64,000 bases of DNA from an uncultured archaeon (lineage in GTDB: Archaea; Thermoplasmatota; Penumbrarchaeia; JASLWR01), in NCBI GenBank assembly GCA_964430885.1, contig CAYSHM010000006.1, positions 32,001-96,000 of the forward strand, written 5' to 3'. Every line of letters starts with the position of its first letter. Within the stretch, counting starts at the first letter, position 1. The notes under the pieces are model-generated. The model saw nothing but the letters and a program-made list of their open reading frames with translations. It was not told the origin of the DNA and did not search any database. Positions 19,067 through 28,735 of this stretch are shown one piece after another. Made by a program: the position numbers and the translations under genes.

Positions 19067-22000
19067 TCAGCTTTCTAACTGAGCGAGCAGATTCTCGATC
19101 TTCTTAGATGTTGATTGTTTTGGTCCTGGGGCCGGTGGAGTGTTTACAGCCGATGTAGATGGCTGAACCGGGGCGGTTTTGGGGGGTTGAGTTGTAGGGA
19201 TGGTAGTCGTGGGTTGTGTAACAGGTAATGTTCTAGCCGGTGTTGTTACCGGGACCGTCTTTGGTGGTTGGGTTACAGGTGCAGTAGTCGCAGGCCGTGT
19301 CACAGGTACTGTTTTAGCCGGTGTTGTTACCGGGACCGTCTTTGGTGGCTGAGTTGCAGCAACCGGTTGGGTTACAGGTGCAGTAGTCGCAGGCCGTGTC
19401 ACAGGCACAGTTTTGGCCGGTATTGTTGTTACCGGGATAGTATTTGGCGGTTCTGTAGTTGTAACCGGTATTGTCTTTGGAGCATCCATTCCTTCCTGCT
19501 GGCTGGTTTCGGTCTGCTCAGGCAGAAGCTTCATTTCCGTACCTGGCTGTTGATCAGTTGATAATGGCAGTGATACTGTGGGTGTATCCTGAACTCCGTA
19601 GGCAGTCTCTCCTTGGTATTGAGCATCCTGTTCGTAATCCTGACCATAATACTCCTGAGACTGATCATAATACTCCTGAGACTGATCATATTGCTCATAT
19701 TGACCGTATTGGTCGTATTGCATCTGCTGCTGGCCTGCAGGAGCCATCGCTCCGGGATATCCGTACTGATCCTGCTGACCGTACTGCATATAGGACTGTC
19801 CCATTGGCTGCTGCTGAGGATATTGCTGCAGTGCTGCCCCTGCCTCCTGTTCAGGCATATCTTCATCAAGGAGATCGTCAAAATCAAGGTCGTCTATCAG
19901 GGTTGTACCTTCCTTAAGATCGTAATCGTCCGTTGCATCATACTTGAGTTCCCTAACACTGTATTTGCTTCTAATGATCGCCAATGCAAGAAGGATTATT
20001 ATAAAGCCGGCCATCACAATAAGCGATGCGTAAAGCCAGTCTTCAGGAGTGACGCTATCGTGATCATCGTGATCATCGTCATCATCTCCATTATCGTCAT
20101 CAATTTCAAGGACGCGTATCTTAGCGGTTCCTATATTATTTCTGGTATTGTTATCATCGATTCCAGTCAGCTCAACTGTAAGATTGAAAAGGCCTTTCTC
20201 GTTGAAGGTATATTCAAAGTTCTTGATCTCATAGACATTCCGCTCCAGATAGGTAATGTTCGTTTTGAATACCGGATTGTTCCTTCCCTCGACGTAAACT
20301 GCAATATCCAGTACATTGCCGAACTTGTTTGAATCAAAATATTGGTTGCCTTGATTGACCACTCCGAACTTGAAATTGATCCTCTCTTTTTCCTTCACCT
20401 TGTATCCGTCTGTCTTGGTGATCTCGTTTATGTAAATATCAGTACAACCGAACTCGAATTCAACTACCCGGATTATTACCTTGGTGGTTTTAACAGTGTC
20501 CGCTCCAAGTGTGATCCTTCCCAATATCTCAAAGGTGTATGCTTTAAGTTCCACATTCTTGGGCGGGCTGAAAGTAAGAGAGAAACTCTTTGTTTCCTTA
20601 TAGGACAGGTAAAGATTTTTCTGCGCTAATAACCCCCAGTCCTCACCATGTATCAGGAACGAAAGGGTCACATCCGAGTTCCCAGTGTTCTGGATCTCGA
20701 GATCTATTACGGTTGCCCCTCCCGGTATGGCATCATAGGTTACATTTGTAGTGAGGAATTGAAAATCCAGAGTTTCCAGAACTTCTACAATGAATAAATG
20801 CTGGAAAGTAATGTTCTCGTCCCCTTCTGAAGCCAGAACAAGCGTGAACTCATAATCCTTAGCTGAGGCGCCGTAGGGAATCTTGATATTGAACCCGAAT
20901 GTTCCGTTGAGTCCGAAGTCGACCTTGAATCTCTTCTCACCGATGTATATCCAATCCGGATACATTGATTCAATTGCAAAGATATAGGTATCCATTATAT
21001 TACCGATATTTGTAATTCGTGATTCGAATGATATATTGTCCCCTATATGCCCTTTCTTTTCAGTGATATTATAGAATATCTCAGCCTTGAAAACCGATAC
21101 AACATCAACTGTAAGCGCCACGCTGTCCTCATATACAAGAGGATCATCTGAAAGTACATTTACAATAAAGGTGTATTTCCCCACTGGCGTACTGGGAGGC
21201 ACCTTTATCCTCAACTCGATATCAGCGTCTAGGCCCTTTGGAAGACCCCCTTCTCTAATGTTTGTAGTATCGAACCACCATTCCCATCCCGCTGGATCTG
21301 AGGGATACTTGGCTACAACAAAGGTTCCTTCACTACCAATAATATCATCTAGACTGTTACCTACATTTTCAATGGTGAATACGAATGTTGTATAGTCCAG
21401 GGGTTGGCCTTCCTCGGGTTCGGGGGTCCCTTTGATTTCTATATCATAGATCTTTCTCACAGAAGTCTCCACCCAGGAATTCCATTTAGGTTCTTCCCTT
21501 TTAACAATAGGTTTTGCCCACAATGATGTGATCTGGGTCTGTCCGGCATCCGCCTCCATAGGTACAAACAATATTACGGATATGATTATTGTATCGCCCA
21601 TCTCAATGTTCAAGATCTCCTGGGTGTCATCTACCAGCTGAACAAGCCATTCATAGTCGGAGGATTCCGGCCATACATCATAGATGTCGTCACCGTTGCC
21701 GAGATTGGTTACCTGGAAATCGTAGATGAGCTGCTGGCCAGGGTCTACCTGCTGTTTTTCAGGCGTGGATATGTCGAGCATGTGGTCCAATCCAACCTCC
21801 ACTACAAATGGGATCATAGATATATTAGCCGGTGCCAATTTAGATTTCAAGGTGATGTCGATAGAATAATTGCCCACAGTGGCATTGTAGATGTCGCCTA
21901 CTATGATCTTTACTGTAAGACTTTTTACCCTTTCTGATTCAGGAGAGGGGCTGTTAAAGGGCGGTATTCTGTCGAATTTATCAGGATAAAGGATAATCTG

Positions 22001-22327
22001 CCAACCTGCAGGCGTATTGGTTTCCACAACGTAATCATCGACCATGTTTCCCATGTTTCTCACAGTGCAGTTCAGGACCACCAGGTCCCTTGGGAAAGCT
22101 TTCTTTGAGATGTTCTCATCAGTTTCAAGGAGAGGTGTGAACTTAGCAGCCCGCTTCTGGGATAAAGAATCCGTTTGGGGACTGTTCTCAGTTCCTAGAA
22201 TACCTACATTATTCCTATAGGAAAACATAGTTGCATCCAGACTGTTGAAAAGTATGATGAAGACAATTAGAATAGCCAATGATAATAGGTTTCGTTTATT
22301 TTGAGATCCCTTCTTCAAACATATCAC
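19067..22327 (-). CDS. Large membrane-anchored surface protein with tandem Ig-like (NEW3/CARDB-like) domains and a Q/Y- and T/P-rich C-terminal tail
   Basis: Signal peptide; repeated V.N.GN..D motifs (VRNMGN, VTNLGN, IENVGN, ITNIGN, IQNTGN, VVNQGN); TM helix near aa 765-785. Confidence 0.8.
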   Translation of the reverse strand: MICLKKGSQNKRNLLSLAILIVFIILFNSLDATMFSYRNNVGILGTENSPQTDSLSQKRAAKFTPLLETDENISKKAFPRDLVVLNCTVRNMGNMVDDYVVETNTPAGWQIILYPDKFDRIPPFNSPSPESERVKSLTVKIIVGDIYNATVGNYSIDITLKSKLAPANISMIPFVVEVGLDHMLDISTPEKQQVDPGQQLIYDFQVTNLGNGDDIYDVWPESSDYEWLVQLVDDTQEILNIEMGDTIIISVILFVPMEADAGQTQITSLWAKPIVKREEPKWNSWVETSVRKIYDIEIKGTPEPEEGQPLDYTTFVFTIENVGNSLDDIIGSEGTFVVAKYPSDPAGWEWWFDTTNIREGGLPKGLDADIELRIKVPPSTPVGKYTFIVNVLSDDPLVYEDSVALTVDVVSVFKAEIFYNITEKKGHIGDNISFESRITNIGNIMDTYIFAIESMYPDWIYIGEKRFKVDFGLNGTFGFNIKIPYGASAKDYEFTLVLASEGDENITFQHLFIVEVLETLDFQFLTTNVTYDAIPGGATVIDLEIQNTGNSDVTLSFLIHGEDWGLLAQKNLYLSYKETKSFSLTFSPPKNVELKAYTFEILGRITLGADTVKTTKVIIRVVEFEFGCTDIYINEITKTDGYKVKEKERINFKFGVVNQGNQYFDSNKFGNVLDIAVYVEGRNNPVFKTNITYLERNVYEIKNFEYTFNEKGLFNLTVELTGIDDNNTRNNIGTAKIRVLEIDDDNGDDDDDHDDHDSVTPEDWLYASLIVMAGFIIILLALAIIRSKYSVRELKYDATDDYDLKEGTTLIDDLDFDDLLDEDMPEQEAGAALQQYPQQQPMGQSYMQYGQQDQYGYPGAMAPAGQQQMQYDQYGQYEQYDQSQEYYDQSQEYYGQDYEQDAQYQGETAYGVQDTPTVSLPLSTDQQPGTEMKLLPEQTETSQQEGMDAPKTIPVTTTEPPNTIPVTTIPAKTVPVTRPATTAPVTQPVAATQPPKTVPVTTPAKTVPVTRPATTAPVTQPPKTVPVTTPARTLPVTQPTTTIPTTQPPKTAPVQPSTSAVNTPPAPGPKQSTSKKIENLLAQLES
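19130..19480 (-). repeat. Imperfect coding tandem repeats (KTVPVTTPA / PVTRPATTAPVTQP units)
   Basis: GCCGGTGTTGTTACCGGGACCGTCTTTGGTGG occurs twice; GGGTTACAGGTGCAGTAGTCGCAGGCCGTGTCACAGG occurs twice. Confidence 0.85.
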
Positions 22328-22513
22328 TTCCGAAAAATGGACTGTAAGCTGTGTTGAACTAAAGTGTAAAGAGCTATTTGATATTAAGACTTTTCTTTGT
22401 TGGTTGACACAGGTCTTTTTGACACAGTGCTAATTAAAAATAATGCGGGCAAATAATATATTATTAATTTGGCCTTTTTGAACAATCAATTCAAAATAGA
22501 GGATGTATTGGAA

Positions 22514-24742
22514 ATGGATTATGAAATGGATTCCTTCGGTATTGCCGGAATAGCTAATGAACTATCTGAGCTTCAAGGTGCATTTTTTGATAAAGCTTTC
22601 CAGCTGGAGAATGATGCTTTTATTATTCGTTTCAATCTGAGGAAGGACAAAATGACTGCAGGATTGAAACAATTACTATCGTTGGATCTGGAATATGCAG
22701 AAGGGAGGGATTTCAGTGAACTCGAGGAAATTGATCCCCATGAGACAGTTACAGGAGAAGAAAAGGTGCCTTTGGAGCATGAAGATCTCCAAGAAACCCA
22801 AAGGGATATTGATCTTGGTATCGGATCAGGCGGGCGATATGTTAAGGTCAGCCTCTGTATCCTGCCTGGAAGCTTGATGTTCTTAACCACTAAACGTTTC
22901 CAGCATCCCCGTCTGCCCCCTTCATTTGCCATGCTGCTCAGGAAATACCTCGGTAATAAAAGATTGTACAGGGTGGAGCAGCATAAGTTCGATAGGGTGC
23001 TCAAATTATATTTCGGTTCGGAAGAGAATATGGTAGTTATGGTACTGGAGATGTTCGGTAAAGGAAATGTTCTACTTGTAAAGGACTCTACGATCATCCA
23101 GCCCCTTTATTCAAGGTCATATAGTTCCCGAGAGCTTAGAGCCCGCAGGGAATATGTTCCTCCTCCAGACCGTTTTGATCCTATCCATGCCGGATACCCC
23201 GATTTGCTAGCTACGATATCCAAAAGCAAGGTAGATCTCATAAGGTGCCTGACCGTAGATCTGAATCTCGGGCCTATTGTCTCAAATGAAATAGTAATGA
23301 AATTGGAATTGGATAAGAACCTGAAAATATCTGAAATGGATTCTGAAGAGAAAAACGATCTAGCCAGATACGTGGAGAATTTCCTGTCTGATATGTTTGA
23401 ATCGGAGAGATTCATAATGTACCTTAGGAAAGAAAAAATCCAAACCGTCAGCTTGATCCCTTTATGTAAATACAATGACGAACCAGGTATTGAAGAGACC
23501 TCCTTTCAAACACTGAACTCGGCCATGGAGACTATTGGATTGAAGATGATCACGGATTCGGGTAGACAAGATCTTATTCTGGATGATGATGATGAAGTGG
23601 GAAGTCGGAAAAAGGCCGGTTCAAGTCTTGTTGATAAGATCGAAAGACGAATTTTTCAGCAGGAAAAGGCCATAGGCAGCTTCAAGGATACAATGGACAA
23701 GAACCGTGAACTAGCGGATATTTTTTATCAGAACTACAAAAGGCTGTCTGCCATTTTGACCGCCCTTAATGATGCCAAAGAGAATTTAGGCTGGGATGAA
23801 CTGGAGAAGAGGATAGCTGATATTCCGGATATTGAGGCTGTTGCCCCCTCCACTTCTATAGCCCGTATAGGTATGATGGACAAAGATGGAACGAAGATAT
23901 TTGCCGATCTTGATATAAGACTTGATGTTAACGAAAATGCTTCACTCTATTACAGTAAATCGAAAAAGGCGAAATTGAAAATAAAAGGTGCTGAAAAGGC
24001 TTTGGAAAAATCCCATAGGGATCTGAAAAGGGCCAAAAGAAAAGCAGATGAGGCAATAAAGCAGGAATCGGAGCTGCAGTCAGGAGATGACATGATACAC
24101 TCATCTCCATCAAAAAGATTCTGGTTCGAGAACTTCCGCTGGTTCGTTACCAGTCATGGGAATATTGCCGTAGGCGGGAAGGATGCTACATCCAATGAGA
24201 AGGTGGTAAAGAAATATCTGGATGCTGGATGCCGCTTCATCCATACGGATGACCGCGGTTCGCCCTGCGTTGTGGTCTTGCCAGGAAATGACGAAAAACC
24301 AATTACGGATAACAGCCTTTTGGAATGCGGGGTATTTGCAGTTTCTCATTCAAAGGCATGGAAGAATTCATTGGCTTCAGCAACTGCATACTGGGTCAAA
24401 CCTGAGCAGGTGAGTAAAACGCCTCAGTCAGGGGAATATCTGCCTAAGGGTTCCTTCATGATAAGGGGCAAAAGAAATTGGATGCCTAAACTGGAAATGC
24501 GGTTGGCCATTGGGGAGGTGGTTATTGAATCGTTGAGGAAAATAATGTGCGGTCCTGAAAGCTCCCTTTCAAAACATTCGGACCGGTTTGTTTTGATAGC
24601 TCCCGGTGAGATTGGCAAAAATGAGATGGCGAAAAAATTATCTCGGATATTCAGGTTTTCTAACAGTGAAATATTATCTTTACTTCCCACTGGAGGTATG
24701 AGAATAACAGGATCAAAAGGGATCAAAGAAGATAAATTATAA
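22514..24742 (+). CDS. Rqc2/RqcH (NEMF, NFACT) ribosome quality-control protein
   Basis: PPSFAMLLRKYL, QHKFDR, WFENFRWF, GGKDATSNE, QVSKTPQSGEYLPKGSFMIRGKRN. Confidence 0.93.
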   Translation: MDYEMDSFGIAGIANELSELQGAFFDKAFQLENDAFIIRFNLRKDKMTAGLKQLLSLDLEYAEGRDFSELEEIDPHETVTGEEKVPLEHEDLQETQRDIDLGIGSGGRYVKVSLCILPGSLMFLTTKRFQHPRLPPSFAMLLRKYLGNKRLYRVEQHKFDRVLKLYFGSEENMVVMVLEMFGKGNVLLVKDSTIIQPLYSRSYSSRELRARREYVPPPDRFDPIHAGYPDLLATISKSKVDLIRCLTVDLNLGPIVSNEIVMKLELDKNLKISEMDSEEKNDLARYVENFLSDMFESERFIMYLRKEKIQTVSLIPLCKYNDEPGIEETSFQTLNSAMETIGLKMITDSGRQDLILDDDDEVGSRKKAGSSLVDKIERRIFQQEKAIGSFKDTMDKNRELADIFYQNYKRLSAILTALNDAKENLGWDELEKRIADIPDIEAVAPSTSIARIGMMDKDGTKIFADLDIRLDVNENASLYYSKSKKAKLKIKGAEKALEKSHRDLKRAKRKADEAIKQESELQSGDDMIHSSPSKRFWFENFRWFVTSHGNIAVGGKDATSNEKVVKKYLDAGCRFIHTDDRGSPCVVVLPGNDEKPITDNSLLECGVFAVSHSKAWKNSLASATAYWVKPEQVSKTPQSGEYLPKGSFMIRGKRNWMPKLEMRLAIGEVVIESLRKIMCGPESSLSKHSDRFVLIAPGEIGKNEMAKKLSRIFRFSNSEILSLLPTGGMRITGSKGIKEDKL

Positions 24743-24768
24743 TTAATAAGAGATTAAAAATGAAATGA

Positions 24769-24805
24769 TACCCCTCAGCTCATTTGCGATATCTGCTGAG
24801 GGGTA
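24769..24805. terminator. Perfect 11-bp inverted repeat between convergent genes; candidate bidirectional terminator hairpin
   Basis: TACCCCTCAGC-N15-GCTGAGGGGTA. Confidence 0.5.
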
Positions 24806-24819
24806 AAATGTTTTAGATC

Positions 24820-25167
24820 TTATACTAAGGCACCATGGATTATTATGGCTATTGCTACCATTAGGCCTGCTGCAATGATTGCCATAGCAATTGGCTGATG
24901 GGCAAGCTCTTCGAGATTCAGCCAGTTATGCTTCATTTTATCTGTGACAATATCCACAAGCCCCACAGCCAGGAGGATCAGGACAAGTCCTATTGCCCAC
25001 CATGCAAGAGTGGAAACCACTTCACCGCCAAACCCATCTATTTTCTCTTCAAACCAGTCACCGCTGGAGGCTTCAACATCGACTTCCTGGGCACTGCAGA
25101 CTCCCGATACTGCCAAGATCAGGAAAAGTCCTACCATTCCTATTATGCTCAATTTTCTAGCGTTCAT
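24820..25167 (-). CDS. Small membrane protein, DUF350-like
   Basis: C-terminal LVDIVT...EEL...IAMAIIAAGLMVAIAIII pattern; GAGGTGA SD before ATG 25167. Confidence 0.65.
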   Translation of the reverse strand: MNARKLSIIGMVGLFLILAVSGVCSAQEVDVEASSGDWFEEKIDGFGGEVVSTLAWWAIGLVLILLAVGLVDIVTDKMKHNWLNLEELAHQPIAMAIIAAGLMVAIAIIIHGALV

Positions 25168-25448
25168 TATTTTCACCTCGTAATTGGGATGATCCTAAAG
25201 ATCACAAATTATTAACCAGCAATGATAATCTTTTTATGAATAATCTTTGCTGAACACCATACTTATCGATTTCTTTTATAAATGTTTTTTCCCTTTATTG
25301 AATTGGGATTAGCATATCTCCTTTGATATTCACGGATCTGGTTTTTACTTTCCCATAATTTCAGGATAATTAGGTTATGGTTTTATTACGTGTATTAAAT
25401 ATTACCATGGTTTGGATTGTATTAATTCCTATCTCTGGAGAACTAAGA

Positions 25449-26174
25449 ATGAACTTTAAAAATAAAATAGGAACACCTTTGATAATCGGCCATAGGGGAT
25501 TAGGACCAAGTAAGGAGGAGAATACCCTTGGATCGATAATGAGGGCATTTGATGAAGGTGCAGATGAGGTTGAATGTGATCTCGCTATTTCCAGGGATGG
25601 ATTGGTATTTCTGCATCATAATAATTCAATTAAAATCATGGGTAAGGGTAGGATTCCCATCAACAGATTAGATCTATCAGAAATGAGAACTGTAAAACCC
25701 GATCTGGCAACGTTTGATATGCTGGCGAACCATATCTTCAGTGGAAAATTGGTATTGGAGCTAAAGGAACATTCAGATATGAACACCATTATCAAGAAAA
25801 TTCATTCAAAGTTTGGAACTTTTGTAAAGAAATGCAGGGTCATCTCTTTTTCTTTATCCGCATTGATCAATGTGAAGAAAATAGATCCTGAAATCCAATG
25901 CGGATACATTGCTACTCGGGTAAAGGGACGGTTCGAACCTCTGGTGAAGAAAAAGCATATACAGCTTTGTTTGGAACACGGATTAGAAGAGATATCCGGG
26001 CATTGGCTGGGATTTGGCGTAAAAAAGATTGAAATGGCCCGTAAAAGCGGATTAAAGGTAGGTTTGGGATTTATAGATAATAAACAGTCCCTAACATACT
26101 GTCTGCGCAACAATGTTGAGCATTTGTACACGAACAGGGTTGGATGGATAGCAAGGGAGATAGCCGGTCAGTGA
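25449..26174 (+). CDS. Glycerophosphodiester phosphodiesterase family protein
   Basis: IIGHRG, ENT, VECDL..SRDG..FLHH, LELK, ISFS, TN. Confidence 0.88.
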   Translation: MNFKNKIGTPLIIGHRGLGPSKEENTLGSIMRAFDEGADEVECDLAISRDGLVFLHHNNSIKIMGKGRIPINRLDLSEMRTVKPDLATFDMLANHIFSGKLVLELKEHSDMNTIIKKIHSKFGTFVKKCRVISFSLSALINVKKIDPEIQCGYIATRVKGRFEPLVKKKHIQLCLEHGLEEISGHWLGFGVKKIEMARKSGLKVGLGFIDNKQSLTYCLRNNVEHLYTNRVGWIAREIAGQ

Positions 26175-26214
26175 AAATTCATGTTCTGAACTGATTTCAG
26201 CTTCACTTCTTTAT

Positions 26215-27405
26215 TTACATTTCGAGTATCATGACCACTGCATTACCGCCACCAAGACATAGAGTTGCCAGACCTCTTTTCGCACCCCTGTCTTTCATGG
26301 CGTATAACAGGGTTACAAGGACCCTACTACCGCTAGCTCCTATGGGATGACCTAGAGCTACGGCCCCACCGTGAACATTGAACTTATCATCAGGAATATT
26401 GAACTCCTTCTGAACTGCAACTGAAGCAGATGAGAAAGCCTCATTGTGCTCCCATAAATCGATGTCATCAACTGTCAGACCGTTATTCTCTAGTATCTCA
26501 TTTATGGCAGGAACGGGGGCTTCCATCACATCTTCTGGAGCGCAGCCGGATGTGTGATAATGGGCTATTGTAGCAAGGATAGGAATACCCAATTCCTCGG
26601 CCTTCTCTCTGCTCATTACAACAACTGCTGAAGCACCATCCGATATCTGTGATGCATTTCCTGCGGTTACTATGCCGTCTTTTTTGAACACCGCTCTCAG
26701 CCTGCCAAGACTCTCCATTGTGGTATTTGGCCTAACTCCTTCGTCCTTATCGAAAACAACGGGGTCTCCTCTTCTCTGGGGAACTTCCACAGGCATTATC
26801 TCGTCCTTGAATTTTCCTTCCTCAGTGGCCTTGACCGCTTTCAGGTGACTGTTCATAGCGAAGGTATCGACCTCTTCTCTTGTAAGATCGTAATGCTCTG
26901 ATATCCTCTCACCGGTAATACCCATGTGGAAATTGTTGTAAATGTCCCAGAGCCCGTCATGGACCATACCGTCCACGATCTCCCCGTTGCCCATGCGGTA
27001 TCCGTCCCTGGCCTTATACATATAATAGGGTGCCTTGGCCATGTTCTCCATACCGCCTGCCACTATGATGTCATGTTCGCCGCATTTGATGGAATTGGCA
27101 GCTATCATAATGGATTTCAAACCGGACCCGCATACCTTGTTTATGGTCATGCAGCCCTTGGTGTAGGGTATGCCTGCCCCGATGGCGGCCTGCCTTGCAG
27201 GGTTCTGCCCCTGTCCGCCCTGAAGGACCATTCCCATAATAACTTCGTCCACATCATCTACGGTGATGTTTGCTCTCTTGACCGCTTCCTTGATCACAAG
27301 GGCGCCCATTTCCGTAGCTTTCATATTCTTTAGCGTTCCGTTGAACTTTCCCAAGGCCGTTCTTACAGCCGATACTATGACTGGATGTTTCGATCCGCAT
27401 GACAT
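26215..27405 (-). CDS. Acetyl-CoA C-acetyltransferase (thiolase)
   Basis: INKVCGSG, HNEAF, NVHGGAVALGHPIGASG, LCLGGG. Confidence 0.96.
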   Translation of the reverse strand: MSCGSKHPVIVSAVRTALGKFNGTLKNMKATEMGALVIKEAVKRANITVDDVDEVIMGMVLQGGQGQNPARQAAIGAGIPYTKGCMTINKVCGSGLKSIMIAANSIKCGEHDIIVAGGMENMAKAPYYMYKARDGYRMGNGEIVDGMVHDGLWDIYNNFHMGITGERISEHYDLTREEVDTFAMNSHLKAVKATEEGKFKDEIMPVEVPQRRGDPVVFDKDEGVRPNTTMESLGRLRAVFKKDGIVTAGNASQISDGASAVVVMSREKAEELGIPILATIAHYHTSGCAPEDVMEAPVPAINEILENNGLTVDDIDLWEHNEAFSSASVAVQKEFNIPDDKFNVHGGAVALGHPIGASGSRVLVTLLYAMKDRGAKRGLATLCLGGGNAVVMILEM

Positions 27406-27519
27406 ATTTTTCACCTTTTATTCTAACAGGATATGAATTAGATTTCCTGAAAACTTCATTCTGATTTAATTATATACCATTTTTCCAGAGATTTTCAGAT
27501 TTATGATTTTATTCCCGAT

Positions 27520-28620
27520 TCAACCAAGATATTGCACTAGGAATTTTTCCTTGAACTCCGGGAATTCGTCCTTTCTTATTGCATAACGAATGCGCTCCAT
27601 TAGACTCATCATAAAATACAGATTATGTAATGTGAGCAATCTCATTGCCAGCAGCTCCTTCACCTTGAACAGATGATATAGATATGCCCGGGTGTGCTCC
27701 CTGCAGGAGGGACATTGACAGCCTTCTTCAATTGGCCCGAGGTTTTCCTTGAATAATGTGGCATTGACATTGATAGTGCCGTAATTTGTAAGTGCCGACT
27801 GGTGTCTTGCGTTTCTTGTGGGAAAGACGCTGTCGAAGAGATCTACTCCCATATCCACAAGATTGATGATGTCCTCCGGAGTTCCTACACCCATGAGGTA
27901 CTTTGTCTTATCAAGGGGTAGGATGTCCAGCTGGAGCCTTGTCATATCATACATCTCCTGCTTGCTCTCTCCTATGCATAGCCCGCCTATACCGTATCCT
28001 CCGCACTGCAGATCTGCCAGTTCCTCAGCACTTTTTTTCCTAAGATCGGGGAATGTCCCTCCTTGGGCTATCAGGAACACCAGCTGATCATTTCTATTAT
28101 GTTTTCTAAGGAATATACCAGCCCAGTCAGTGGTTCTTCTCACCGCGTCAGCCACTCGTTCTCTGCCGCTGCCGTGAGGAGGACAATCATCCAGCATCAT
28201 TGCGATATCGGACCCAAGGGTTTCCTGAACCTCAACACACTTTTCGGGGGTGAAAAGCTCTGTCTTTCCATCGTACGGACTTTTCAGAAGTACGCCTCTG
28301 TCGGTGACCTTTGGTTCAAACCCTGATCTTATTATCTGAAATCCGCCTGAATCCGTGAAGATGGATCGATCCCAGTTCATTAAACCGTGAAGTCCTCCTG
28401 CCTTTTTGATAAGATCATGCCCCGGTCTTAGGTGAAGCAGATAGGCGTTGGCAATGAAATTATCAACACCAAGTTCTATAAGATCTCTGGAAGCTAATGT
28501 TTTTACCGAAGCCTTTGTGGCCACCGGCATGAAGCAGGGCATCTGCACTTCACCGTGGGCTGTGTGCAGTATTCCGGCCCGAGCCTTTGATCCTGTAGAA
28601 GTATGTGTGATTTCTAACAT
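27520..28620 (-). CDS. tgt: tRNA-guanine(34) transglycosylase, bacterial type
   Basis: FMPVAT, DSGGFQ, LDDCPP, QGG, GGLCIGE, YLMGVG, FDSVFPTRNAR, CQCPSC..H zinc site; 366 aa with no PUA domain. Confidence 0.9.
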   Translation of the reverse strand: MLEITHTSTGSKARAGILHTAHGEVQMPCFMPVATKASVKTLASRDLIELGVDNFIANAYLLHLRPGHDLIKKAGGLHGLMNWDRSIFTDSGGFQIIRSGFEPKVTDRGVLLKSPYDGKTELFTPEKCVEVQETLGSDIAMMLDDCPPHGSGRERVADAVRRTTDWAGIFLRKHNRNDQLVFLIAQGGTFPDLRKKSAEELADLQCGGYGIGGLCIGESKQEMYDMTRLQLDILPLDKTKYLMGVGTPEDIINLVDMGVDLFDSVFPTRNARHQSALTNYGTINVNATLFKENLGPIEEGCQCPSCREHTRAYLYHLFKVKELLAMRLLTLHNLYFMMSLMERIRYAIRKDEFPEFKEKFLVQYLG

Positions 28621-28735
28621 ATGAATCAGATTGTTGATTGATAGGGAAGGATAAACTGCATTGCCCTTTATTTATTTTAATAAATGGGTATGGATTCTTT
28701 CAGATAGGACTGTGTAAAGATTCCGCTTAGGATTT

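Noticed and set aside
19613-20332. 239 aa hydrophobic ORF on the + strand
   Set aside because: Antisense shadow of the Q/Y/D-rich repeats of the 1086 aa surface protein
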